A stretch of DNA of 64,000 nt. Source: an uncultured Candidatus Rokubacteria bacterium (GTDB lineage: Bacteria; Methylomirabilota; Methylomirabilia; Rokubacteriales; CSP1-6). The stretch is from contig CAVXJS010000009.1 in NCBI GenBank assembly GCA_963762145.1, positions 160,001 to 224,000 of the forward strand. Direction: 5' to 3'. The notes under the pieces were generated by a model. The model worked only from the letters and a program-made list of their open reading frames with translations. It was not told where the DNA came from and made no database searches. Below, in pieces: positions 55,538 through 64,000 of the stretch (position 1 is its first letter; each line of letters begins with the position of its first letter). Both the position numbers and the translations under genes were made by a program.

Positions 55538-56170
55538 TCAGGCCGCATGCCGATCCCACTGGGCACGCGTGATCCGATACAGACAGTGCAGCCGCAGTGG
55601 ATGGCCCTCCGGCACCCCCGGATATTCGAAATCCTGGTCGGCGTTGACCATGCCCAGGCGCTCCATCACCGCGCGTGACCTCAGGTTGCCCACCGAAGTG
55701 AACGACACGATCTCCGGCAGGGCCAGGCGCTCGAAGCCGACGCCCAGCGCCGCCCGAGCCCCCTCGGTGGCGAGGCCCTGGCCCCAGTAGCGGCGCGCGA
55801 GACGCCACCCCACCTCGACACAGGGGGAAAACGGGAGCGCGCGCTGCGGCACCGACAGACCGACGAAGCCGATGAACTGTCCGGACTCCAGTAGCTCCAC
55901 GGCCCAGTTGCTCCAGCCGCGGGTCGCGAGCTGTGATTGCCAGCCATCGATGCTCGCGTCACTGATCGCTCGGCTCTGAAGCGAGTGAAAGAACTCCATC
56001 ACCACCGGATCGGCGTTCATGGCGGCGTACGGCTCGCGGTCGGAGTCGCGCCACTGGCGCAGCCGCAGCCGTGGAGTTTCAAGCTCGATGACGGTCGACA
56101 CGTGGGTAGTCGGGCCGGGTGACCCGGGCGATGTGACCGGAGCGGCCTTCGGGGACGCGGGACGACGCAT
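55538..56170 (-). CDS. GNAT acetyltransferase (RimJ/RimL-like); start may be GTG 56101
   Basis: LETPRLRLRQW, MNADPVVM, VEVGWRL..YWGQGLATE, NLRSRAVMERLGM. Confidence 0.9.
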   Translation of the reverse strand: MRRPASPKAAPVTSPGSPGPTTHVSTVIELETPRLRLRQWRDSDREPYAAMNADPVVMEFFHSLQSRAISDASIDGWQSQLATRGWSNWAVELLESGQFIGFVGLSVPQRALPFSPCVEVGWRLARRYWGQGLATEGARAALGVGFERLALPEIVSFTSVGNLRSRAVMERLGMVNADQDFEYPGVPEGHPLRLHCLYRITRAQWDRHAA

Positions 56171-56220
56171 GGTCCCTTGGTTCGTTTCAGTGTTACACAG
56201 ACCTGGATATTTCTGGACAG

Positions 56221-56637
56221 TCAGTCGAGCCCCCAGGTGCGCACCTGCTCGGGCACCACGCGGAACATCACGCGGTCCGCGGGCATCGCCCGGCCGCTCC
56301 AGTAGTTCTCGAGGTGCGGATGATACTTGTCGAGGATCCGGGTCGCGAGGGCGCGGCGCTCGGGCGTGTCGCCGAGGAACTCGGCGCGCCCGCGGATCGC
56401 GACGCCCCGGATCTCGGCGCCGCGGGCCCCGCTCTCCGCGACGATGTGCAGCCGCGGGTCGCGCCTGAGGTTCCTGACCTTCTGCAGGTTGTCCACGCTG
56501 ATCAGCGTCAGCGCGGACGGCTCGTGGAGAAACCACATGGCGGTGACCAGGGGCGAGCCGTCCGGGTTGATGGTGCCGAGGACGACGATGTCCTTGGTCG
56601 CCAGGTACTGCTGGATGCGCGGGTCATCGAAGGTCAC
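56221..56637 (-). CDS. PPOX-class (pyridoxamine 5'-phosphate oxidase-like, F420/FMN split barrel) protein
   Basis: LGTINPDGSP..AMWF, KVRNLRRDPR, GVAIRGRA; GTGA overlap with SBP. Confidence 0.82.
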   Translation of the reverse strand: MTFDDPRIQQYLATKDIVVLGTINPDGSPLVTAMWFLHEPSALTLISVDNLQKVRNLRRDPRLHIVAESGARGAEIRGVAIRGRAEFLGDTPERRALATRILDKYHPHLENYWSGRAMPADRVMFRVVPEQVRTWGLD

Positions 56638-58253
56638 GGGGCGATCCACACCTTCATGAAGGTGTTGTTGTCGTAGGTGGTGAGGCCGGGCTTGTAGTTG
56701 CGGAGCTTCTTGTCCTTGAAGAACCAGCCCTCGACCCAGCCGACCGCGATGGAGGCGTGGTCGCCCTTGGCCAGCAGATACCGCTGCAGCTCCCAGTAGA
56801 GCTGCTTGCGCTTGTCGCGGTTGGCTTCCTTCAGGGCGCGCTCGGCGAGGTCGTCCACCTTGGGGTCCGAGTACTGACCGTAGTTGCTGCCCGACTCCGT
56901 CGTGTAGGAGATGTGGAACACGCCGGAGGGCTCGTTGATGTCCATGGCCCGGTCCTGCGTCGCGATGATCGTGAAGTCGCCCTTGCCGAAGGCGGCATAG
57001 CCGGCCGCGCTCTCGTGGGTCTTCATGGTGCCGCGGATTCCGATCCGGCGGAGCTGGGCCAGCACGAGCTGCCCGCGATCCACGTAGTTGCCGACCTGCC
57101 GCACCGCCATCTCGACGTCGAGGCCGTTCGGGTGGTGCTTCTCCACCAGCTTCTTGGCCTCGGCGATGTCCTGCTCCTTGGGCTGGCGGCACCCGGGTGC
57201 CTTCTGGACCTCGTCGAGCGGCAGGGCGAAGTCGCCGACCAGCTTCGGGTCGAGGATCGCGCAGGGCACACCCGCGCCCTCCAGCGCCTTGCTGACGAGC
57301 TCCTGGCGGTCGATGGCCAGGTTGACGGCGCGGCGCAGATCCGGATTGTCGAACGGCGGCTTCTTCGAGTTGAGATAGATGAAGAAGACGGTGTTGATCG
57401 GCGCCTGGTAGATGTCCACGTCCGTGCGGGCGCGCGCCAGCTCGTCGGCCTGCGTCTTGCGCATCGGCGGCCACGCGTCCCACAGCATGATCTTGGAGGC
57501 CTTGGCCGCCGCGAGCTGGGTCGGCCCGCCCACCAGGATGAACTGCTTCACCCCGTCGAGGTAGGGCAGCCCGGGGATGAAGTAGTTCGGATTCTTCTCC
57601 CACTCGATCACGCTGCCGCGCTCGTACTTCTTGAACTTGAACGGCCCCGTCCCGACCTGGGCCTCGGCCGAGTTCAGGTCGCCGTACTTGGCCAGGATGT
57701 GCTTGGCCGCCACCCGGCACCACGCCGACGCGATCGAGGGGATGAACGGCGCCGCCGCGAACTTGAGCTTGAACTCGACGGTGTTGGCGTCCACCGCCTC
57801 CACGCTGGCCACCATCGGCTTGAGCGAGGCGCCGCACTTGGGGCTCTTGAAGTCGGGGTTCAGCACGCGATCGAAGGTGGTCTTCACGTCGGCCGAGCTG
57901 AACGGCTGACCGTCGTGCCACTTCACGTTCTTCCGGAGATGAAACGTGTAGGTCTTCCCGTCCGGCGAGACCGTCCAGCGCTCGGCGAGGTCGCCGATCA
58001 CCTTGCTCGGCTCGTCCGGATCGTACTGGAGCAGCCCGCTATAGATGCCCGCGGTGGCCTGCTGGACCACCAGGGGCGACTCGGCGTGCACGTCGAGGCG
58101 GCCGGGATCGCCGTAGTCGAACCAGTTGAGAACGCCGCCGGTCCGGGGCTTTTCCTGGGCGGCGGCCGGCGGCGCGATCGGGGACCCGAGCGAGAAGAGC
58201 AGCGCGACGGCGAGGGCCACCACGCGAGTGAGGCTCGAGAGGGTCATCGTCAT
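56634..58253 (-). CDS. Opp/Dpp family-5 substrate-binding protein
   Basis: Signal peptide, KPRTGGVL, GDLAERW, LRKNVKWHDG, GTGPFKF, LPYLDG, PPFDN. Confidence 0.92.
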   Translation of the reverse strand: MTMTLSSLTRVVALAVALLFSLGSPIAPPAAAQEKPRTGGVLNWFDYGDPGRLDVHAESPLVVQQATAGIYSGLLQYDPDEPSKVIGDLAERWTVSPDGKTYTFHLRKNVKWHDGQPFSSADVKTTFDRVLNPDFKSPKCGASLKPMVASVEAVDANTVEFKLKFAAAPFIPSIASAWCRVAAKHILAKYGDLNSAEAQVGTGPFKFKKYERGSVIEWEKNPNYFIPGLPYLDGVKQFILVGGPTQLAAAKASKIMLWDAWPPMRKTQADELARARTDVDIYQAPINTVFFIYLNSKKPPFDNPDLRRAVNLAIDRQELVSKALEGAGVPCAILDPKLVGDFALPLDEVQKAPGCRQPKEQDIAEAKKLVEKHHPNGLDVEMAVRQVGNYVDRGQLVLAQLRRIGIRGTMKTHESAAGYAAFGKGDFTIIATQDRAMDINEPSGVFHISYTTESGSNYGQYSDPKVDDLAERALKEANRDKRKQLYWELQRYLLAKGDHASIAVGWVEGWFFKDKKLRNYKPGLTTYDNNTFMKVWIAP

Positions 58254-58279
58254 GGCTATCGCTCCTTTGCGATCCGCGG

Positions 58280-59119
58280 CTACCCGAGGCCGCCGCGGAG
58301 GCGTGGATCCGTCAGATCGCGGATCGAATCGCCGAGTAGGTTGAGCCCGAAGACGGCCAGGCTGATGGCCATCCCGGGGAAGAATACCATCCAGGGCGCG
58401 GTTTCCAGCGCCTGGATCCCCGCGGTGAGCATGCCCCCCCACGAGGGCTCGTCGGGCGGGGCCCCCGCCCCGATGAAGCTGAGCGAGGCCTCCACCACGA
58501 TGGCGTACGAGATGTTGGTGGTCACGAGCACGATGTAGCTCGCCATGCAGTTCGGGATGAGGTACCGGAAGATGATGCGGGTCTGCGAGGCGCCCGCCGC
58601 CTGCGCCGCCTCGATGAAGGGAGTCGCGGCCACCCCCAGCGCGACGGACCGGACCGTCCGGGCCGCGGTGGGCGTGAGCAGGATCACGAGGGCCAGGATG
58701 ACGTTGTTGACCGACTGCCCCAGCGCGGCCATGAGCGACAGCGCCAGGATGACGGGCGGCAGGGCCATCAGGCAATCCACCACCCGCTGGCTGCCCGCGT
58801 CGCTGGCCCCGCCCAGGTAGCCGGTGACCGCGCCCCAGAGCGAGCCGAGCGTGACGCCGAACAGCACGGAGACCACGCCCACGTAGAGCGAGAGGCGCGC
58901 GCCCCAGATCACGCGGCTCAGCAGATCGCGCCCGAGCTGGTCGGTGCCCATCGGGAACTCGCGGCCGGGCGCCACGTAGGGGGCGAACGCCGCGTCCTTG
59001 GGCCCGTGGGGGGCCAGCGAGGGCGCGAACACGCCCACCACGATGAGCGCGAGCACCACGAGGGCTCCCGCCGCGCCCAGCGGCTGCCCCACCACGAAGC
59101 GGCCGAGCGCGGCGGTCAC
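58280..59119 (-). CDS. Opp/Dpp ABC permease (DppC-like)
   Basis: MGTDQLGRDLLSR, FIEAAQAAGA, EASLSF, PSWG, GDSIRD. Confidence 0.92.
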   Translation of the reverse strand: MTAALGRFVVGQPLGAAGALVVLALIVVGVFAPSLAPHGPKDAAFAPYVAPGREFPMGTDQLGRDLLSRVIWGARLSLYVGVVSVLFGVTLGSLWGAVTGYLGGASDAGSQRVVDCLMALPPVILALSLMAALGQSVNNVILALVILLTPTAARTVRSVALGVAATPFIEAAQAAGASQTRIIFRYLIPNCMASYIVLVTTNISYAIVVEASLSFIGAGAPPDEPSWGGMLTAGIQALETAPWMVFFPGMAISLAVFGLNLLGDSIRDLTDPRLRGGLG

Positions 59120-60078
59120 GCGTACCGGATGCGCGGGTCGAGCCACGCGTAGAGGAGATCCACCGCCAGGTTCACGATCAGGAACACGAGGGCCATCATG
59201 AAGACCATGGCCTGGACCGTCGGATAGTCGCGCTGGCTGACCGCCTGGATGAGCGCGCTGCCCATGCCGGGCACCACGAAGATCATCTCCATGATCACGA
59301 GCCCGCCGAGGAGGCGCCCACCCCACCAGCCGATGAAGGTGACGACCGGCAGCAGCGAGTTGGCCAGGGCGTGGCGGTAGACCACCGCGCGCTCGGCCAG
59401 TCCCTTGGCCCGCGCGGTGCGCACGTAGTCCTGGCGGACCACCTCGAGCATCTGCGAGCGGGTGAGCCGCGTGATGGGCGCGCTGATGTAGTAGGCCTGG
59501 GCCAGGGCGGGCCAGATGAGCTGCTTGAGGTTCTCCACCGGGTCCTCGGTGAACGAGACGAACTCGAGCGGCGGCAGCCAGCGGAAGAACCGCACGAGGC
59601 CGTACAGGATGAGCGCCCCGGTGAAGAAGAGCGGCAGGCTGAGCCCGCTCAGGCTGACCAGACGCGCCAGGTAGTCGAGCGGGCCGTTCTGCCGCACCGC
59701 CGAGACGACCCCGAGCGGGATCGCCCACACCATCGCGATCAGCATGGTGAGCGCGGCCAGCTCCATCGAGCGCGGGACGCGCTCCTTGAGGATCTCGATC
59801 ACCGGCCGGCGCTGCACGTAGGACTGGCCGAAGTCCCCGCGCACCGCGCCGCGGATCCAGTCGAGGTACTGGACGACCACCGGCCGGTCGAGCCCCAGCT
59901 CGTGCCGGATCTGCTGGATCTGCCGCTTCTGCACCGTGCTCGACTCGGATCCCGTCTGGTAGACCAGGATCTCCGCGATGTCACCCGGCACCAGGCGCAT
60001 CAGGACGAAGATGAGGATGGAGGCGCCGAGAAGGGTGGGGATGAAGAGCAGCAGCCGCTGCAGGATGTAGGTGGACAC
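59116..60078 (-). CDS. Opp/Dpp ABC permease (DppB-like)
   Basis: YILQRL, GDFGQS, QDYVRTARAKGL, RDYP, LDPRIRY. Confidence 0.93.
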   Translation of the reverse strand: MSTYILQRLLLFIPTLLGASILIFVLMRLVPGDIAEILVYQTGSESSTVQKRQIQQIRHELGLDRPVVVQYLDWIRGAVRGDFGQSYVQRRPVIEILKERVPRSMELAALTMLIAMVWAIPLGVVSAVRQNGPLDYLARLVSLSGLSLPLFFTGALILYGLVRFFRWLPPLEFVSFTEDPVENLKQLIWPALAQAYYISAPITRLTRSQMLEVVRQDYVRTARAKGLAERAVVYRHALANSLLPVVTFIGWWGGRLLGGLVIMEMIFVVPGMGSALIQAVSQRDYPTVQAMVFMMALVFLIVNLAVDLLYAWLDPRIRYA

Positions 60079-60090
60079 CGGGGTCAGGTC

Positions 60091-60528
60091 TTACATTCCG
60101 ACATGGTCGAGCCGGTGGCGGCGAAGGGTCTTGGCCGTCGCCTCGGGACTGAAGCCGAGCTGGAGCAGCGCCGCGCCCAGGTCGAACGACTCGCGGTAGG
60201 CCGCGATGCGCCCGCCGCGCTTCTCGAACACGCTCATGCCGCGAAAGCGCACCGGTCGCCCCGCGCTGCGCGGGATCGCGTCGCTCACCACGTAGGCGAA
60301 GGTCCACTCGGCGGCCGCGCACGCCTCCGTCTCCACCACCGTCTCCATGGTCCACGCGTAGTCCCGGCCCTCGCGGAACATCCGCGCGAACATGGCGCGG
60401 AGATGATCGGCCCCCGCGTGGCCGCCGAAGAAGGTGTCGTGGTAGCTGCCGTCCGGCGTGAAGCAGGCCACGAGGGCCGCGACGTCCTGCCGGTTGAAGG
60501 CCCGCTCGAACTCCCGCACGATGCTCAT
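60091..60528 (-). CDS. SnoaL/NTF2-like protein
   Basis: AFNRQDV..FTPDGSYHD, AAEW, FRGMSVF, YRESFD. Confidence 0.82.
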   Translation of the reverse strand: MSIVREFERAFNRQDVAALVACFTPDGSYHDTFFGGHAGADHLRAMFARMFREGRDYAWTMETVVETEACAAAEWTFAYVVSDAIPRSAGRPVRFRGMSVFEKRGGRIAAYRESFDLGAALLQLGFSPEATAKTLRRHRLDHVGM

Positions 60529-60579
60529 GGCGTGGCTCTCCCAGTGCTCGTCATCGAGACCGGCCGCCGACGGCCGGGG

Positions 60580-61827
60580 CTACCGGATCGCGAACCGCAG
60601 GTGGCGATGCGCTTCCCGCAGGGCCGCCTCCGCCAGGGCGGGGGTGGCCGCGCGCGAGAAGATGAAGCCGAGGTAGCGCGAGCCCTCCGGCAGGGGCACG
60701 ATCACCTGCCCCTTGGGGATCGAGATCGTCACGTCCTCGATGTGTCGGACCGCGCGGGCCTCGTCGAGTCCCGTCACCTCCTCGAGCACGCCGCCGCGCG
60801 GGATCGGGATCATCATGACCGCGGCCGCCGCGCGCTCCCGCTCGAACGAGGGCACCGCCCGGCCGAGGGCGCGGCGGAGGATCAGCTCCTCGAGTGACAT
60901 GCCGGTGCCGAAGCGCAGCGTGCGGCCGCAGAGCCCGCCGATCGAGCGCGCCGCGATCTCCAGCACCACCGGCTCGAGCCCGTCCGCGCGCGGGCGCAGC
61001 CGCAGCTCGCAATGGACCGCGCCGTCCGAGAGGCCGAGCGCGCGGGCCGCGGCGGCGGTCGTCTCCGTCACCTGGGCCTGGACGGCCTCGGGCAGGCGCG
61101 ACGGCGTCACGTAGATGGTCTCCTCGAAGAAGGGCCCGTCGAGGGGATCGGGCTTGTCGAAGAGCGCCAGGGTGCGGAGGGCGCCCTCTTCCAGGAGCCC
61201 CTCGAGCGCCACCTCGGCGCCCGGCACGAAGCCCTCCACCAGGATCGTGTCGGTTCCCTCGCCCAGCTCGCCCACGTCCGCCGCGCGCAGGATCTCGCGG
61301 ATCCGCTCGAAGGCGGCGACGAACTGGGTCACGTCGTCGGCCCGGATCACGCCGCGGCTGGCCGAGAGCACCAGGGGCTTGAGCACGCAGGGGTACGTCA
61401 TGCGGCCCGCCGCCGCGTGCGGGTTCTCGTCCACCGTGACGGTGGTGAACGGAGGCGAGGGCACCCCCGCGCGCGCGAGCCGCCCGCGCATCACGAGCTT
61501 GTTGCGGGTGGCCTGGGCCGCCGCGAGCGGGTTCACGCGCAGGCCGAGGGCCTCGCCGATCGCGGAGGCCACCACCGTGGTGGCGTCGTCCACCGGCACC
61601 ACCGCGTCGAGCGGCCGGCGGGCCGCGTACCCGCTCATCTCGCGCGCCGCCGCGGCCGGATCGCCGAACGGCAGGGTGAGCAGGTGGTCCGGGAACTCGC
61701 CCGCCATCACGTTCGGACGGTCGGAGGCAATCACGAGATCCACGTCGAGCGTCTGCGCCGCCTCGACGAAATCCTCGGTGCGGTAGGTGGTGGTGGGGAT
61801 CAGCAGCAGCAGTCGCTGGAGCGCCAT
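60580..61827 (-). CDS. ATP-grasp enzyme (amino acid/peptide ligase-like)
   Basis: RNKLVMR, YPCVLKP..SASRGVIR, LVEGFVPGAE, FDKPDPLDGPFFEETIYVTPS, HCELR, EIAARSIGG. Confidence 0.88.
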   Translation of the reverse strand: MALQRLLLLIPTTTYRTEDFVEAAQTLDVDLVIASDRPNVMAGEFPDHLLTLPFGDPAAAAREMSGYAARRPLDAVVPVDDATTVVASAIGEALGLRVNPLAAAQATRNKLVMRGRLARAGVPSPPFTTVTVDENPHAAAGRMTYPCVLKPLVLSASRGVIRADDVTQFVAAFERIREILRAADVGELGEGTDTILVEGFVPGAEVALEGLLEEGALRTLALFDKPDPLDGPFFEETIYVTPSRLPEAVQAQVTETTAAAARALGLSDGAVHCELRLRPRADGLEPVVLEIAARSIGGLCGRTLRFGTGMSLEELILRRALGRAVPSFERERAAAAVMMIPIPRGGVLEEVTGLDEARAVRHIEDVTISIPKGQVIVPLPEGSRYLGFIFSRAATPALAEAALREAHRHLRFAIR

Positions 61828-61933
61828 GGCCGCGGCGTCGCTGAGTTTATCACGGGGCACGCGGCCCGCACTTGCGGTATACATGAGGGCCCGGCCCCTC
61901 ACCGGGATCCCGAGCACACGAGGAGATCTGATC

Positions 61934-62875
61934 ATGCGCGTCGGCATCATGATCGAAGGCCAGGAAGGGCTCACCTGGGAGCGCTGGTGGCGGCTCGTGC
62001 AGGCGGCCGAGGACATGGGCTACGAGTCCCTCTGCCGGTCGGATCATCTCACCGGGCTCTGGGGCGAGGCCAAGCGCGCGTCCCTCGAGACGTGGACCTC
62101 GCTCACCATGCTGGCGACGCGCACCCGGCGCATCCGGTTCGGCCCCATGGTCTCCCCGATCACCTTCTACCACCCCGCCCTGCTCGCCAAGATGGCGGTG
62201 GCGCTGGACACGCTCTCCAACGGCCGCATGGACCTGGGCATCGGCGGCGGCTGGAACGAGCACGAGCACAACATGTTCGGCTTCGCGCTGCCGCCCATGA
62301 AGGAGCGGCTCGATCGCCTCGAGGCGGCCGCCCGCTACATCCGCGCCCTGGGCGTCGGCGAGCCGGTCACGCTGGAGCAGCCCTACTATCCGCTCCACAA
62401 GGCCGAGAACTATCCCCTGCCCACCCACGGCCGGCTGCGGCTCGTGATCGGCGGGCGCGGGGAGAAGCGCACGCTGCGCATCGCGGCCGAGTTCGCGGAC
62501 GAGTGGAACTGCACCCGGGTAGACCTCGATACCTTCCGCCACAAGCGAGAAGTCCTGGCCAAGCACTGCGCCGCGGTGCGCCGCGATCCGGACACGATCG
62601 AGCGCTCCCTGATGATCCCGCTCGCCATCGGCCGCGACCCGTCCGACGTGGCCCAGCGCATCGCGGCGGCCCGCGCGACCTTCCCCCAGATGCCCGCAGA
62701 CGAGGACGGCTGGCGCAAGGCGAGCTTCCTGGTGGGCTCGCCCGCCGACGTCGTGGCGAGCCTCCGGGAGTGGGAAGCGGCGGGCGTGCAGCGCGTGCTG
62801 CTCCAGATGCTCGACATGGAAGACCTCGCCGCGATCGAGCTCTTCGCGCGGCACGTGCTCCCGCAGGTGAAGTAG
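61934..62875 (+). CDS. LLM-class, probably F420-dependent oxidoreductase
   Basis: EGQEGLTW, RSDH, GRMDLGIGGGW...EH, IGGRGEKRTL..A.EWN; SD AGGAG. Confidence 0.88.
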   Translation: MRVGIMIEGQEGLTWERWWRLVQAAEDMGYESLCRSDHLTGLWGEAKRASLETWTSLTMLATRTRRIRFGPMVSPITFYHPALLAKMAVALDTLSNGRMDLGIGGGWNEHEHNMFGFALPPMKERLDRLEAAARYIRALGVGEPVTLEQPYYPLHKAENYPLPTHGRLRLVIGGRGEKRTLRIAAEFADEWNCTRVDLDTFRHKREVLAKHCAAVRRDPDTIERSLMIPLAIGRDPSDVAQRIAAARATFPQMPADEDGWRKASFLVGSPADVVASLREWEAAGVQRVLLQMLDMEDLAAIELFARHVLPQVK

Positions 62876-62894
62876 CGCCCCGCCGGCCGATCCG

Positions 62895-63628
<734 letters not shown>

Positions 63629-63632
<4 letters not shown>

Positions 63633-64000
63633 GGGTTCGCGCGCGCTTCCTCCGCGAAGCGCAGCAGGGCGAGGGTCAGGGCCACCACCACCGGCCCCAC
63701 CACCAGCCCGATGGGGCCGAACACGCTGAGACCGCCGATCAAGCCCAGGAACACCGGGAGCGTGGAGATCTGCGCGCGGCCCGAGATGAAGAGCGGGCGC
63801 ACCACGTTGTCGGCGCTCGACACCACCGCCACGCTCCACGCGGCCAGGAAGAGCGCGGCCACCCAGCGCCCCTGCAGGAACAACACCGCCACCGCGGGCA
63901 CCCAGATCAGCGTGGTGCCGACGAACGGGATCAGCGAGGCCACCGCGGCCACCGCGCCGAACACTACCGGCGAGGGCAGCCCGACCAGCGCGAAGCCGAT
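63629..64000 (-). CDS. AI-2E (YdiK/PerM) family transporter, C-terminal part
   Basis: LIPFVGT..WVP, DNVVRP, GLIGG..FGPIGLVVGP. Confidence 0.85.

Noticed and set aside
51381-56170. Integron cassette array
   Set aside because: No attC-like inverted cores or integrase seen; spacers too short and some genes overlap

Overview
Very GC-rich, gene-dense 64 kb bacterial chromosomal segment with about 60 CDS and no rRNA, tRNA, CRISPR array or transposase that I can recognise. Composition and the glut of peptide-ABC, TRAP and LLM genes suggest Ca. Rokubacteria/Methylomirabilota or a similar soil lineage (inference only). Many genes in 8.5-20 kb and 32.7-39.4 kb, plus a few elsewhere, carry single-base frameshifts that look like assembly errors, so several long ORFs in the track are artefactual fusions. 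Main blocks: a two-component system with htrA; a thiol/sulfur cluster (four-domain rhodanese, sseA, thiol dioxygenase, 1-Cys peroxiredoxin); a TAXI-TRAP/amidohydrolase/UbiD/triple-Rid catabolic operon; four ATPase-less Opp/Dpp cassettes; a plant-like threonine synthase + cystathionine gamma-synthase pair; a MarR-hydroquinone dioxygenase-Liv ABC operon; acyl-CoA metabolism genes; and a train of small accessory genes. That train contains an AhpD/CMD-like gene with an in-frame TGA at CxxU followed by a SECIS-like hairpin, a probable selenoprotein missed by the ORF track. Family assignments come from motif recognition by eye, not database searches.
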